A stretch of DNA of 61,422 nt, the filler included, from Sphacelaria rigidula (lineage: Eukaryota): NCBI GenBank assembly GCA_964200075.2. It is 8 parts of 8 records of this genome, joined end to end, with 100 filler letters (N's around TTAATTAATTAA, not from the genome) between each part and the next. Parts side by side here need not be neighbours in the genome. Positions count along the whole stretch, not along the records: positions 1 to 7,592 come from CAXNAA020014191.1; positions 7,693 to 15,283 come from CAXNAA020014192.1; 6 more parts are not named here. One strand, 5' to 3'. How positions within the stretch are numbered: position 1 is the stretch's first letter; each line of letters starts with the position of its first letter. A program made the position numbers and the translations under genes. Positions 1-12,076 of this stretch are shown here, one piece after another. Under the pieces are notes generated by a model. The model made no database searches, was not told where the DNA came from, and worked only from the letters and a program-made list of their open reading frames with translations.

Positions 1-719
1 CACGGCCCAATTCGTTTCCGGCGACGAGATATTGCTCTGCCAGGTTAAATTCGTTTCTGGGCTGGCCCAGCTCGTAGAACAACGGGGGTATCGACGACCA
101 AGGCCTGGAAACACCTTGAACGACCTAGCCTTGTGCTTGAAGGAGTGTTGTCCTCCGATTTCGCGGTTGCGACCCGTTTGGAATCACCCTTCAACCCGAT
201 CACAAGCATGAGGAACGTCCATCCATACTCAATATATAGGATATTCATGACCAGCAGAGGACAAAATCGACTGGCTGCATGCCGGTGCGGTACCGCCTGC
301 ACTGCACTGTACGTATTCCGCACGAACACTTCATGAGTTCGCTCACTTAGGCGGTCTAGCCCAATGGAAAAATGTCGCTTTGAGTTATACCATATATCTC
401 AGCAAGTGGACAATGATACCGCTGAGTTACACGCAAAATGAGTTATATGAGTTGAGTTGTCTGACGTGTGGATGTATCCTGAACCCACCGTACTGCCGTG
501 CACGGTTGGTGGTGCTGGCTGTCAGGGCGTGGTTCTCATAGAAAGCAACGGACACTGCCTGCCTCACAGGCACGAGACCAAGTGCTGCAGAGAGAGTGCT
601 GTGATTCGTTGTATTGTGTTTGATGATTGATCGGAAGTCAGTCATTTCGTTATCGTCACGTGAGACAGTCACTGCTACGAAATGAGTGCGCTCTCCGTGT
701 TGTGTGGAAAACCTGGGGA

Positions 720-905
720 GGCCGTGTCTCTCAGCATATCATTTTTCGATCGAAAAAGCGCGGTGGACAAAAAACCCGACCCGTGTAGGTCGTGATTTCA
801 ATATAGACGGCGACAGTTCAAATCGCGTCCTATTTTCATATCTGAAATTTCCTTTCCCACCACACATCTTGTCTGTCAACAATGCAATGTGCCGAGACAC
901 GCCCT
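720..905. mobile_element. Palindromic MITE of the TTTTCGATCGAAAA family (PIF/Harbinger-like termini)
   Basis: Ends GGCCGTGTCT...AGACACGCCC. Similar units at about 17107-17290, 17320-17505, 17510-18310 and 33700-33905. Confidence 0.6.
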
Positions 906-1289
906 CACAAAAGAAGCTCACCACACGCTGGATAATGACAATATACTTCTTTGTCAAAAACTGTATTGCGCACAGTATGGAATCTATCGTCTAATGCAAT
1001 AGACGCCATAGTCGATTCTCTCCGCTATAATTTTTTTGACGATTGAATCTATTGTCATCGTCCAGGGTGTGAAGCTCACACAATGACCATCTTCCAAGGC
1101 CCTTCTTCACGCCAACGAACGACCGCTAGGTTCTCGGATTAGATTTTTGAGCAACAAAACTGTAGCCCAACGCTACCCCCCATACAATTCCTGATGTCCT
1201 TCGGGTGGAGCTGCCCATCATTGTCTCAGAGTTACGAGTATGGGGCAAGCGCTTCGAGTGTGGGACGGGTGCTTGGTGCTGAACTGCAT

Positions 1290-1500
1290 CCAACCATGAA
1301 CATTTACTCTCTTGGGGGACATTTTTTTGCTTGGTGAAAAGTCAAGCAGCTCAAGAGAGAGGAAGGAGCTCAGCTTTGGGTTCAGAAGGTTGAATGCCCT
1401 ACTGAAAATGAGCTCACTTACCACTACTATATCATCGCATGTATTGATCTCGCACGCCACTCGGCCCTTGAGCTGTACAACGATAGGTCTTTATCCACGC
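1290..1500 (-). pseudogene. Frameshifted fragment of an MTR4/SKI2-family RNA helicase (C-terminal region)
   Basis: Minus strand reads IVVQLKGRVACEINTCDDIVVVSELIFSRAFNLL, then in a shifted frame SLLSCLTFHQ. This matches the MTR4/SKI2 pattern KGRVACEI...ELIF.G.F......ALLSC.VF. Frameshifts on both sides. Confidence 0.75.
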
Positions 1501-2349
1501 AATCCTCCTTTCCGCGGAGCAGCTTCGAGCCGGGGACGGAATACAACATGTACCGAAGGGTACAAAAAGTTTTCTCGTTAGGTCCATTATTGTTATGGAT
1601 TTTTTCTTCTTTCTTTTGCAGATTTCGACAATTTCCAGACTTTTCGTACTCTGCGTTCAGACTTCTCCAAAAACGAAGCCGCTTGATTTTTGGGGAAGTC
1701 CGAAATATTTTACGAACTACAACGCAGCACTTCGGAGAGCTATCCTGTACAAACGCCGTGGCGCTCGCAAGCATTAGGAAGTCGTCAGATGCCTTGCCAG
1801 TCACCAAAACTTCGGGGATCTCCGAACAAACAGCGTGGAAAATAATGGGCCTGAGTTGCCCAAAGCGTCCAGAAAACCGTTGCCGCCGATCCCAGCGTCC
1901 CGGCCGTAGGAGCATACTGGCGAACGTTGAGGCGCACTGTGTGCCGCCCGTAGCGCCAAACCTTACATCGATTTCTTTTTTAGCGCATACAATGGGTTTC
2001 GAAGTTTGTCGAAGCAGGCATTTCCTCCCGAGTCGGAGACGGGGGGACAGGGCAGGGGAAACTGAAGTAATGTGAGTGATCTTTGTTTCCCTTAGAGCTT
2101 CTTATAACGCCGGGAATACGAACTTTGCTGGAAATATGTTCAAGGTTTTTTATCTAGATGTATACACATATTTTTTCCGATACCGTTTCTCCTGGGCCCT
2201 CCTCTGGGAGAAACATGCTTGAAGATCACGAGTTCCTCTGAATAGAGGTGCTTTCCTGGTCAATCTGGTCAAGAAAAAAATGAACTGATTTCGGAGAAAT
2301 GAAAATTCGTCCGGGAGGGGTTTGTCAGAAACACCTTCCATTGAGCTCA

Positions 2350-2720
2350 CTGCAGCCAGTACGTACAGTGTACGGTGTAGCAAGAACAAACGAGGTCAGT
2401 TCACCACTTGGGATGGTGAGAAATTTCTCAGAAACTTATAACTTCGAACAAACTATAACACTAACACTAACCCCAACGAAGGTACACCAAGAACCCTCGG
2501 GCGAGGTGGTGGAGAGTCTTACATAGGCAAAGGGTGCGTTGCCAGACCTCAAATCGGCGCCCGTTTTTCTGCGCAGCTTGGAGCATAGCCCCATTAAGGA
2601 TCCGGATCTTCGATGTTCACACTAAAATTAAGTCGAACTATCTGAGAAATTTTTCACCGTCCCAAGCGGTAAACTCTACTGAAACGAACAGCTGCGGCAC
2701 ACACTTCTACAATACATGCA
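2350..2720. mobile_element. Fold-back non-autonomous element containing a telomere-like tract
   Basis: AGTTCACCACTTGGGATGGTGAGAAATTTCTCAGA (~2398) recurs inverted at ~2641-2675. The internal motif AGGCAAAG.GTGCGTTGCCAGA.CTCAAATCG is shared with ~7700-7740. Boundaries approximate. Confidence 0.5.
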
Positions 2721-2900
2721 AGCACACAGGCCGAACCCGTTTGGGGCGAGGCACGCTCACCGCCTTCGACACTTGAAAATCGTTGTCGCGTGTGTCTCGT
2801 GCGCTTAGGTAGCAGGATGATCACCGATTTAATCACGATGGGTAAGGACCGTTCTTAACGGGCTTCATTTTCATTCCTTTCCTGTCCATAAATGGAGAGC

Positions 2901-3270
2901 CGGTCGCCCCGGTGGCTCAGTTGGTAACCTCGGAAACTTCTGACGGGTGGGTCGTGGGTTCAAATCTCGGAGCGATCTGGGATTTTCCTCACACCATGCA
3001 CAACAGTGGAGAGCGACTATGTCGTGGGGGGGCGAAATTCGACCCAACGGTCGACGAGGGAAAGAGATTGCTGCACCCCTCTCGCGATCAAAAGGAAAGG
3101 CAAGCACCGCAGGAGGAATATGGAGTACTAAAAACAAACAAAAACAAAAAACTCCTGTTTTGACCTTCATTTGTGACACCGGCTGGTGCGTCCACATATA
3201 CCGAAAGGTGTAAACTGGCGCCCAGAATAGATGGGACGACAGCACACACACAACATACAACACACAACGC
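2901..3270 (+). mobile_element. tRNA-derived SINE, near full length
   Basis: A-box TGGCTCAGTTGG (2913-2924), B-box GGTTCAAATCT (2957-2967), body, and 3' tail ending in CA repeats. Head copy at 23075-23143 (-), body copy at ~40757-40860, tail copies at ~15891-16011 and ~41406-41493. Confidence 0.8.
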
Positions 3271-3310
3271 AAAAATGAAAGAAAAGAAGAAGAAGAAAAA
3301 AAGGCATTAA

Positions 3311-3429
3311 TCCTTTTGGAACCCATCGACGATTCTTCTTTTTGTGAATCGGCATCATTTTCAGTCATTAATGAAGTCAAAATGATGCCGATTCAAAAAA
3401 ACGAGAATCGTCGACGGGTTCCAAAAGGG
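3311..3429. mobile_element. piggyBac-like palindromic MITE (119 bp)
   Basis: TTAA|TCCTTTTGGAACCC...GGGTTCCAAAAGGG|TTAA. Nearly the whole element is an inverted repeat. Confidence 0.75.
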
Positions 3430-3849
3430 TTAATGACGACCATGAATGGACAACCGCAATATTTTCTTCACCCCAAACATGCGTATCATGGTGAGCCCTC
3501 GTCAGGGGCACCCCCTTGCTTCTAGGGTGTCTGATCTGTATTATCTTCGCTAGTGTCGCTAAATAGTCGCCAAGAACACCGACCAGACAAGGCAGCGGTT
3601 GGAACCGAACAACTTTGAAATCCGAAACCCGAATTTCCCCGGAAATAATACCGGTGCCGATCAGATGGCCATAAAAAAATCAGCACCACAAGATTGAAGG
3701 TTCGCACTCGGTGTGTACACCACGCGTATATTACATGAATACAAAAATATGTATCAGACAAGTTTCACGCCTGGCTCGCGAGGCAGTGCAAGTTAGCTTC
3801 CGAGTATCATCCTGTAGGGCGCGTGCTAGATGGGCGGTGAACAAAGCAG

Positions 3850-5660
3850 GGTCACCTTGAGAGTTGTGCTTGCGACGAGAAGAGGTGTGGTAGTAGCGGT
3901 AGAGGGGTAGCGCTCTTCTGGTACTTTCTATTAAGCTGAATGTTGCATCTGGTGCACGCAGCTGCCTTTCATTTTCTTCTGAGCAAAGACGCCGCACAGC
4001 AACAAACAGCACCGTGCCAACAATTTACGTACCTCATAGGCGCAGGCGATCTGGGGCGAAGCCCGTTTCCCCTTGCAGAGTGGGCACAGCGCGGTACTCC
4101 TGTCTGCACACCGTAACAGGCCAAGTGGACGGGAGTACAGACAGGTAAACCAAAAAGGCGCAGACGACGGCATCTGGTGGATGATGACTGTCGCAAGTAT
4201 ATAGGGGGTGTCTTGCATGGTCTTCCTTGGAAAGCTTTGTCGGAACAGTACATGATTGGCGTGGCTTACGTTCGTGACTTATACCGTACCTATGAGGGGC
4301 GCTGCCCTACAGCGGCCGGTGTCGCGTTCACCAAATGAATGATGGCAAGTACCACGCGGGCAGGCGCCCCCATCTTGATGTGAAGGCTGCCGCAGGGTTC
4401 TTCAGCGGTTTGGCAAACTGAACATGACAAGAGTTATCGAGATGAGGTCATTGAGCGAATTATTTTCATCTATTTTTGAGCATCCACATAAGCTGCCATC
4501 AACCACCAAAACACCTCCGCACTGTTTATCAGGTCTCCGTCTAGAAGTATGTCCTACACGTAGAACATAGAGTGAACGGTCGATTCTGGAGTACAGGAAC
4601 GGATTTCAATAATGGGATCGACTCTTTTGATTTTTCTTCGATGTGGTTCGGGATTGTGGGGAAAAATAATTATTGAACCTCCACAGTCTCACCCCCTTTC
4701 CATCATATGGAGGCGGTATCTGTGAAGGTTATGCCCACAGACACACCGCACCTGGTGTCTGATGACGTTGAAACTCCCAATATATGTTGCTTGATGCCAC
4801 CGTTGGGTGTTGAAGCTGTAGGTTCGGTGGCGGAAAGCGTTCATTGCGATGCACGAAGTTAACACGGTGGTTATCAGCAATTTAAACCGATCTATTTTTT
4901 TCCCCACATAGGGTCATGGCGAGTACAGAGGGTGCAAAGATAAACCGATATTGAGGCAATACCAGACCTTGCCAACTGTGCTGTCAAACTCTGCCCGTTC
5001 ATGGGTCAAGGACCGAAACAACACAGCTTACAAGAACGTCCCACTCTTCAATATAGCACTGGGATTGCTGGCGTATTTGTTTCCGCGCCATCTCACGCGA
5101 GAGCGAGCCGAGGAGCTGTTTCGGTGCGAACTATTTCTCCTGCCAAGGGCCCCTTGACAGCCACCTGGGAACGGAGCAAGGTCTCCTTACAGGCGGTACT
5201 AGAACTTACAGTTGAAACCTCATCGAGTTTGATAACCACCAAGGCGGTTGCTATTGTGTCTCAACAGAATTAACTCTCAGTCAGGCTGTACACGGCATTA
5301 ATGTGAAAGCCTCTGCCTGGATCTTCCAGAGTATTTCAACTTCCGGCCCTCATGACATGTGACATGGATCATGTATGAGTATACAATATACAAGTTCAAG
5401 CATTCCACCTAGAGTACACAATTGTAGTACAATTGCCTACAGAAGGCCATGCTGACCTCTGAGCACACAGTGCGACATCTCATCATCAACGTGTTGCGGG
5501 ATACCAGAAGCTTGAAGCTTTTGAACAACAACCGCTTGCCATCCGCACAGTAACACACGTTCTTCACTGAGAGGATTCTGCAGTCGATGTACACTGACTG
5601 TATCGCCACCTCTCCCTGCTGACGTGATCACCTCTCTCCCAAGCATGCCTTTCTCAATAG
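3850..5660 (-). pseudogene. Heavily decayed PIF1-family DNA helicase, probably a Helitron RepHel relic
   Basis: Degenerate motifs in PIF1 order on the minus strand: ITSAGRGG (~5630, Walker A-like); LVVIKLDEVS...LLR...PLAGE (~5240-5130, Walker B and PFGGK-like); AILKS...LTHERAEFD...LNIG (~5060-4945); NNSLN (~4460); LHIKMGAP...LVNAT (~4385-4320); RRALPL...SQG (~3920-3855). Many stops and frameshifts. Confidence 0.55.
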
Positions 5661-6299
5661 GGAAAACACTGTGGAACATGACTGTTGTAGTATCTTGTAC
5701 GACTGCCGGTATGTCAATGCGGATATGATCGGACGTGTACGCTTCCATATTATGTAAATGGAGCAAGACTGTTCAGTTCTCTCGAAGATACCCTACCTTC
5801 AAGGGGTATCATTCCCAACAAATCCGAACACTATCGAAGAAAATGTTCTCCATAATACCGACTTTTATGGGAACGAAAAATCTCGATTCTGGGAAGATTC
5901 CGATGAAGGAACTCGGATCCGTGGGGACCACTTTATGGTCTCAGATTTGTGAAATAGTCATGTACACACAGTCATCATCTGCATGAGTGCGGTATCGCGT
6001 ACTCGTGCAGCCGAAGAGCAGGCAGGCGGTGAATAATCCCTCGAGTACAGTGTCGTACCGCGGTACCCTAGGGCAGTACGGTGCAGGACACTCCATCCTT
6101 ACAGTACGTGGTGATGCCGTGTGGTAATACGATGGAGCAGTCGGTATTGCGAGAACAGTGAACCGTAGTGCACAGTGTGCGAGAAGAGTTCAGTAGCCAT
6201 ACATCATTACCCTGCAAGTACAGCGACAACAGACTAATACAGGATAGTACAGTACCGTTCGTTATGGTGATACATACGGCAGCGCAGTACAGCATAAAA

Positions 6300-6515
6300 T
6301 ACTCGGGAACTAGGGAGCCATTTCGGGGAGACAGGGGTGTGGTCGTTGTGGCGTTCGTGAACGGCAAATGGGCGGGAAAAGAGCCAAAATTGTGGGCGCC
6401 ATACTTAAAGTTGGCGCGTGGATTCCCTTTCGGGCAGTGTGCCGCATCAGGTTCAGTGTGGGGAGCGATGGCCCAGGATAGGTGCTTTCTGGGCCGATAG
6501 GTGACCCATATAAGG
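6300..6515. repeat. Solo arm of the TA-flanked long-TIR element at 46234-47012
   Basis: Closely resembles 46805-47012 and ends ...TAAGG|TA. Confidence 0.75.
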
Positions 6516-6576
6516 TACGATTGAAAAATAATTTCTAGATCAGGTATACAGACTGGGCCGCCCAAGACGCGGACAG

Positions 6577-6887
6577 GGATATGAACACGCGGTCTAGCAG
6601 CTGACTTTTGGGTCGTTTTCTATGAAATTTTGACACCATGTGCAGGACATATGTACGAAGACGCCACCCTCCGCCCCGTACATTTTTTTCATTTCTTTCT
6701 CGATTTATTCACGACCTTGTTCCGAAATAAACTGTCCTGAGATGTTTGGTCGCCGATAACTCATGGAGGAAAGACAAAAAATGTACGGGGCAGAGGGTGG
6801 CGTCTTCGCACGTACATCCTCTACATCGTGTCGAAATTTCACGGAAAACGACCCGAAATTAAGCTTTTAAATCGCGTGTTCATGTCC
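6577..6887. mobile_element. Fold-back MITE (~310 bp), with a further partial arm at ~7100-7225
   Basis: Arm GGATATGAACACGCG...GAAGACGCCACCCTCCGCCCCGTACATTTTT and its reverse complement AAAAATGTACGGGGCAGAGGGTGGCGTCTTC...CGCGTGTTCATGTCC. Confidence 0.75.
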
Positions 6888-7592
6888 ACGACTGGTTTCT
6901 GTGTGGAGATGGACCAGCCACGAAATAATTAAAAGCGATTCTGCTGTTCAATTTCAAGTATTTTTTCACCAAATTTTGACACGATGCGTATGAGGTATGT
7001 TGTGAAGTCCCTGTTGTTCCCCCTTGACAATTTGTTTTTGATTCAATGAGTTGTTCACGCTTTTGTACCAGGAAAACTGTTCCGAATTTTCGGATCACCA
7101 ATAACTCGCGGGGGGGAAATTTAAAATGGGGAAACGGTGGGGGCTTCACATACACCTGATGTATATCGTGTCGAAATTTCATGGAAAACGATTTGAAATT
7201 GACCAGAGAAATCGCGTTTTCTGTCGAGAACCGGTACACCTGCTTTTAGAGTACAACCTCAGCCGGAGCCTTGGCGTTTCTACAAGCCCGACGCCTAGGG
7301 GCGCTGGAGGTCTCGTCTGCGTGCCATCTCAGACCCTGCGCGCGTATAGTACGACATGCATCGTTGTACAACCAAAACTAGTGCAGCACCATCACCTTGC
7401 GGCCGCGGCACAACTGACCGTAACCGTAAATGCGATTCCAGCCGTTTTTTTCCCATAATTCCGCCGCACATGCCATTTTCAACTCTCTACACTTCGCAGC
7501 TGACTACAGTTTGGCATTTCGTTTGATCTGAACTTGTGAGATCGCCGTGCTACGTGAAGTGAAAGACGCGCGTTGATTTGCAGATTACCACG

Positions 7593-7692
7593 NNNNNNNN
7601 NNNNNNNNNNNNNNNNNNNNNNNNNNNNNNNNNNNNTTAATTAATTAANNNNNNNNNNNNNNNNNNNNNNNNNNNNNNNNNNNNNNNNNNNN
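7593..7692. other. Assembly spacer, 100 bp: N run with central TTAATTAATTAA; same spacer at 15284-15383, 22975-23074, 30665-30764, 38355-38454, 46045-46144, 53734-53833
   Basis: Seven identical spacers separate segments of non-increasing length (7592 to 7589 bp). The linker places stops in all six frames. Confidence 0.97.
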
Positions 7693-8346
7693 GTTCCCTA
7701 GGCAAAGTGTGCGTTGCCAGAGCTCAAATCGACGCCTTTCAGCCGATTTTGGACCAAAACACGTTCTGGACGAGCTGGGTCCACTGCTCACCTGCCCCAG
7801 ACCATGAACTTTCTCAGAACTTTGTTCAGTCTAAAATCAAGTAAAATCGAGTACCAACCACTGTTTACGTACAAATCCTTAGCTCTAGTGATAAGAAGAA
7901 CCCTACACACATCAGGAGCGCGCTCTGCAAAGAAATGAATGCGGTAGAAAATCTTCCCGCTGCGATGCCGCATTTTCAAAATATTAAAACACATCAGTAG
8001 CACCGCCTGTTGGGCTTACTGCCATCATTCTCAGCCTGCCGGACAATCTATTCCCCAGCGCGTCTGTCGTCGACACGTGGAAGCTCCGTACGAGGCATAG
8101 TCATTCATGAGTGAATATATTGGAAAGAAGATCATGAAGCGGGAGGTACTTGAGGATGCGAAACCGTGTGTTGCATGTTTTGGCTTCGAGCTGTGACGGC
8201 AGTTGTACAACAAAAGGGGCCTCATCTTTCCGATGCACATGACTGGTACAAGCTACTACAAATTACATCGATATTTCGATGGCCCGTACTGTACTAATAA
8301 TATTATACCACAACAGCCAGCAGTGCCCTCAGAAAAGTCCCATCAC

Positions 8347-8925
8347 CTGCACGTTCCCGAGGCGTACAGGTTCCAGTAAACCAAGGCGTAGTTGGAGCTC
8401 CCGCTCCAGGTCGCCCAGACTCGCGAGCGACCCCTCTCCGGACCGTGGAATTACCGCACTGAACGAACATCCTCCATCGCGTTCAGGCAATAGCCTCAGC
8501 GTTACGGCCTTGGTACTTTCACCATCAGTATACGAGGCAGCATCCCTCTCCGTATTTCGCGGCTTGCTGTTGCGGAGTGAATTTTGTACTGCTGGTGCGC
8601 ACGGTGTGGCGGCCGCTTCTTTGAGCATATCTCCGGGGCTAGCGGGCACGACTCGAACAAGGCTACTGGCTACATCACTGAGGACACTCTGGTCTTCTAT
8701 CTCTGCTGCATTTGCTGCTGTGATTATTTTTTTCGCCGGTGTAGACTCCGGTGATCCATCAGATGGTCCTGGTCGTTGAACTCGACCGTGATTGTTGGAG
8801 TTGCTGTTGCTGCTGCTGCTCTTGTCAACAGGTAGAGGCGAGTCAAGGTCGGTATCTGATGTGTCGCTGACCTCCCGCACCCCAAAAGTCTCATCTACCA
8901 TAGCGTAACCATCCTCCTCGTTCAT
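8347..8925 (-). CDS. Probable first coding exon (193 codons) of an unknown protein, divergent from the DHHC gene
   Basis: ATG preceded by an in-frame stop. S/D-rich N-terminus followed by a more globular-looking stretch (AVTLRLLPERDGGCSFSAVIP...LGDLERELQLRLGL). Ends at donor CAG|GTGATG. Confidence 0.55.
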
Positions 8926-9896
8926 TCTTCTCCCTCACGAGAGCCCCTTCAAATCGCACTACTACGCTATCAGTTTGGCCAAGGATGGTACGACTGTTGT
9001 TGGAAGGGGTGTGGCAAGCGGGACTGTCATGCCGCGGAATATTACGGATGATAACACCCCCTATCTCGTTGATGGATTTTTTCATGACATGAGCAGATTC
9101 CCTTCGCAAGTTGATCGAGCGTGATATCACTGAGGCCAAAATGCGGATATCTTGATATTTACAAAATCCATAATAATCTAAAAGCAGGATATTTTGATGT
9201 TTCGGTTGCCAAGTGTCTTCTCCGTCGAGAAAAGAACATCGACGACGTTGAAATACAGCGCAGTTGAAGCTCAACTGTGAATTTAAATACCAGGGGGTAA
9301 TATCTTCTGACTTCTGACTTCTGACTACGGGTCTGAACATCATACGTCGAACGAGTCCAAAGTTGCGTGTACAAATCACACTGATGCATCAGTGCAGACG
9401 TTCTACTGCCCGCTGTTCTTGGCAGTTAGTCGGAGATAATCCCATCTACGAGCTTCCATTCACTTGCTGTTCTCACCCATCTGGATTCGCTTGTGACGGT
9501 GCTGTAGGGTGGACTGGGCTGTGATGGGTCGGTTGTAACGGTCCACCAGGGTAATCTGGACGGGACTGAACTGTATACATCTACCCAGTACTACGGTATA
9601 CGCTGAGGGGCAAGTTTGGAAGAAAATCTTATTGCAGAGCACCAGCAGTTCACAGTAGGGGAGGGCGGTGGAGAAAGAGCGCGTCCATCATCGTACTCCG
9701 GTGGGGTAGTGTAACAGAGTAGCAGATCGTCATCCCGGTGGGATAGTGTAGCAGAGTAGCAGGTCGTCATCGCGTACATTGCGGGGCAAGACGATTTCAA
9801 ACTAGGCCTGCGGCTGAACAGCGGGCAAATCTCATCAGAACACCGCCAGAGACCGCTGCGGAAGGGCACCGCGCAAACCAAACGAAGCTGTGCACC

Positions 9897-10669
9897 ATGT
9901 TCGGGGATGAAGCCAATTCCGCGCGAACGTGTGATGACGTTGTAAGAGGCGAGTATACGGACCCGAGTAATCCAGCAACTGCTACCGCAGTGTCCCCTTT
10001 GTTAGCCATGGACGAGGCAACAGCCAACCGCCACAACCATCACGCCGACACCGAGCTTCAATGTGGGAATGACCGGAACCTCGTGCCACCGATTCGAGGG
10101 AGAAAACCGACGACGGTGAGTCATAGCAATAACAGCGCTGCCACTTCACCCTTTGACCTCGAAAGCGGCGACGATGGCGGTTTGGTGGCAGTGGATAGTA
10201 GTAAACTGAGAACAACGGTGGCGCGGCCTCGGCAGTCGGTGGTACTGGCGCGGCCCATGCCCTTCGAACCAATCACCGACCCCTTCGCCTGGGTGTGCGA
10301 CATAGCACGAAGACCCAAGTTCGGCCACCAGTACGTGCTCTGCCCGGGGAGGTCATCTCTATCTCGCAGACGACGCAACAACAACAGGGTTGGTTTGAGT
10401 GTGGGGCCGCATTGGTCGGGCGTCATCTACACCATGAGCATAGTGGGGGTGGTGACCCTGTTTTTAACCAGGTTTATTATGAAAGGGTTGGCACCGTGGT
10501 ATCAGCCGGTCACGGTGATTTGCTCCCTTATTACCTTGGGATTTTTGCTGGCTACCGCCATCGCCGACCCTGGCATCGTGGTGGAGTCTGGCGAAGCGGT
10601 TGCGGGGGCTCCCTTCTGCGAGGTATGCTCCATTTGGCGGCCAGAGGATGCGGAACACTGCGAAGAGTG
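9897..10669 (+). CDS. DHHC-type protein S-acyltransferase, exon 1
   Basis: Two hydrophobic helices, DPG motif (ADPGIV), start of the cysteine-rich domain (FCEVCSIWRPEDAEHCEE). Donor TG|GTGAGT at 10670. Confidence 0.92.
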
Positions 10670-12025
10670 GTGAGTAAGCGCAGCAAGTGCATGTGTTGTT
10701 GCAAGAAAGAACTATCCCGCTGTGGTCGGGGGGGAAGGAGGACTCATGTGATGCTTGCCTTATACTAGTCATTTGGCCATTGACCACGCATCCCTCTCGA
10801 GACGGCGCACTGGGAGGAGGTAGCTGTAAAAATTACCCTCATCCTGTCAAGGGGATGTATATTGAAGTTGTTGCCGGAAACAAAGGATTAACCCTTCGAT
10901 CGATAAGGTGGGTCGTCCGAGTCTTCTTCCATTTTTTGAGGGAAATTGATGTCGACTCACCAGATGAGCAGATGACCGCCACTAGCGGTTATAGGGTTGT
11001 AGGTTGTTCTCTACAACCGCATACTAGAGCGTCGAACTACGCACGTGTCTCTGGATATCGACATGAAGAAAAGCGTTTTAAGTACCAAGCACTCGTCACG
11101 GCCTCAGGTTACAGTCCCAAAGTGGCTATTTTCAGGCATCAACTGGATCGGAACACTCCCTCCCCCCCACCGAGGGATGACCCGGACGTAGAGTTGCCTT
11201 CATCCCGTTTCGGGAAATGTCCAGTAACATCGTAAATCGCGAGTTACAGTACACGTGAAATACATCGTCTGTCCTCTATTCTTCATTGTGTCTTTTGCCA
11301 TTAGCTTTAACTCTTGTGTACTAAGTGGGAAACAATAACGGGGTAACAGAACTGTCGCGGGTGGCACATATTATCCGCCTCGATTTCATCCGTCAAAAAA
11401 ATGGCAACCGCCGCCGTTTGGCGCGTCTTACCTAGCTCTCATCATGATTGCGGTGGAATATGTACAAGTTACTTTACTCGGCGAAAAAACCGAGGTTGAG
11501 CTGTTCATCGTCGGGGGCCGCTATCCTCCGTCACCGGCGGTAGACGTTACGCAGCGAAGGGGTGTTGTTGTCGGTGGTGGCGTGGAGTTTTTTCTAGACT
11601 GCTGTTCATGAAGACATTGTCACGACGTCTTTTTTTACGAAATTTAGCTTCCAGCAGGGTGAATCTAGCGCCGACGTTGACAAATATTCAAATTAATGCA
11701 TGCATGCCCTGTCCATCGCGGTTTGATAATATAGGTTGACAGCATGGGTGCTTTAGTCTGCTTCCTTTTACGCAGCTGTGCACGTCCAGGGGCTAGAGAC
11801 GGTCGCCGGGAGAGCAAGCGCCCAGTTTCACCGCTCCTTCTTTCGCTTTTTCGTGAAGGTGCTGGATCAACTTTCGTGTTTGATTCGGGGAAATACCCCA
11901 AATAAAAAGAATAAGCCCTCTCTCGTCTCTCAATCGACGGTGGTGCTTCATCCCACTCTAATTCCCTTCGATTTCGTGCCCCCGTTCCCGTTGTTCTACC
12001 CCGCGTCATGTCGCTTCTCACACAG

Positions 12026-12076
12026 CGGGGTGTGCGTGTTCGGAATGGATCATCACTGTCCTTGGATGGGTAAATG
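12026..12076 (+). CDS. DHHC-type protein S-acyltransferase, exon 2 (catalytic motif)
   Basis: Acceptor CACAG|C completes a TGC codon. Encodes CGVCVFGMDHHCPWMGK. Donor TG|GTGAGT. Confidence 0.95.

Noticed and set aside
2906..2975. Functional tRNA gene (also 23075-23143)
   Set aside because: The D-stem does not pair, and the 2901 copy has no closing acceptor stem and runs into a repeated body and tail. A SINE head explains it better.
6068..6565. Similar ORFs here and at 46197-47128 suggesting a small gene family
   Set aside because: They are translations of the same MITE arm.
7637..7648. Regularly spaced TTAATTAATTAA motif with ~7.69-kb period
   Set aside because: It lies inside N runs and is an artificial six-frame-stop linker.
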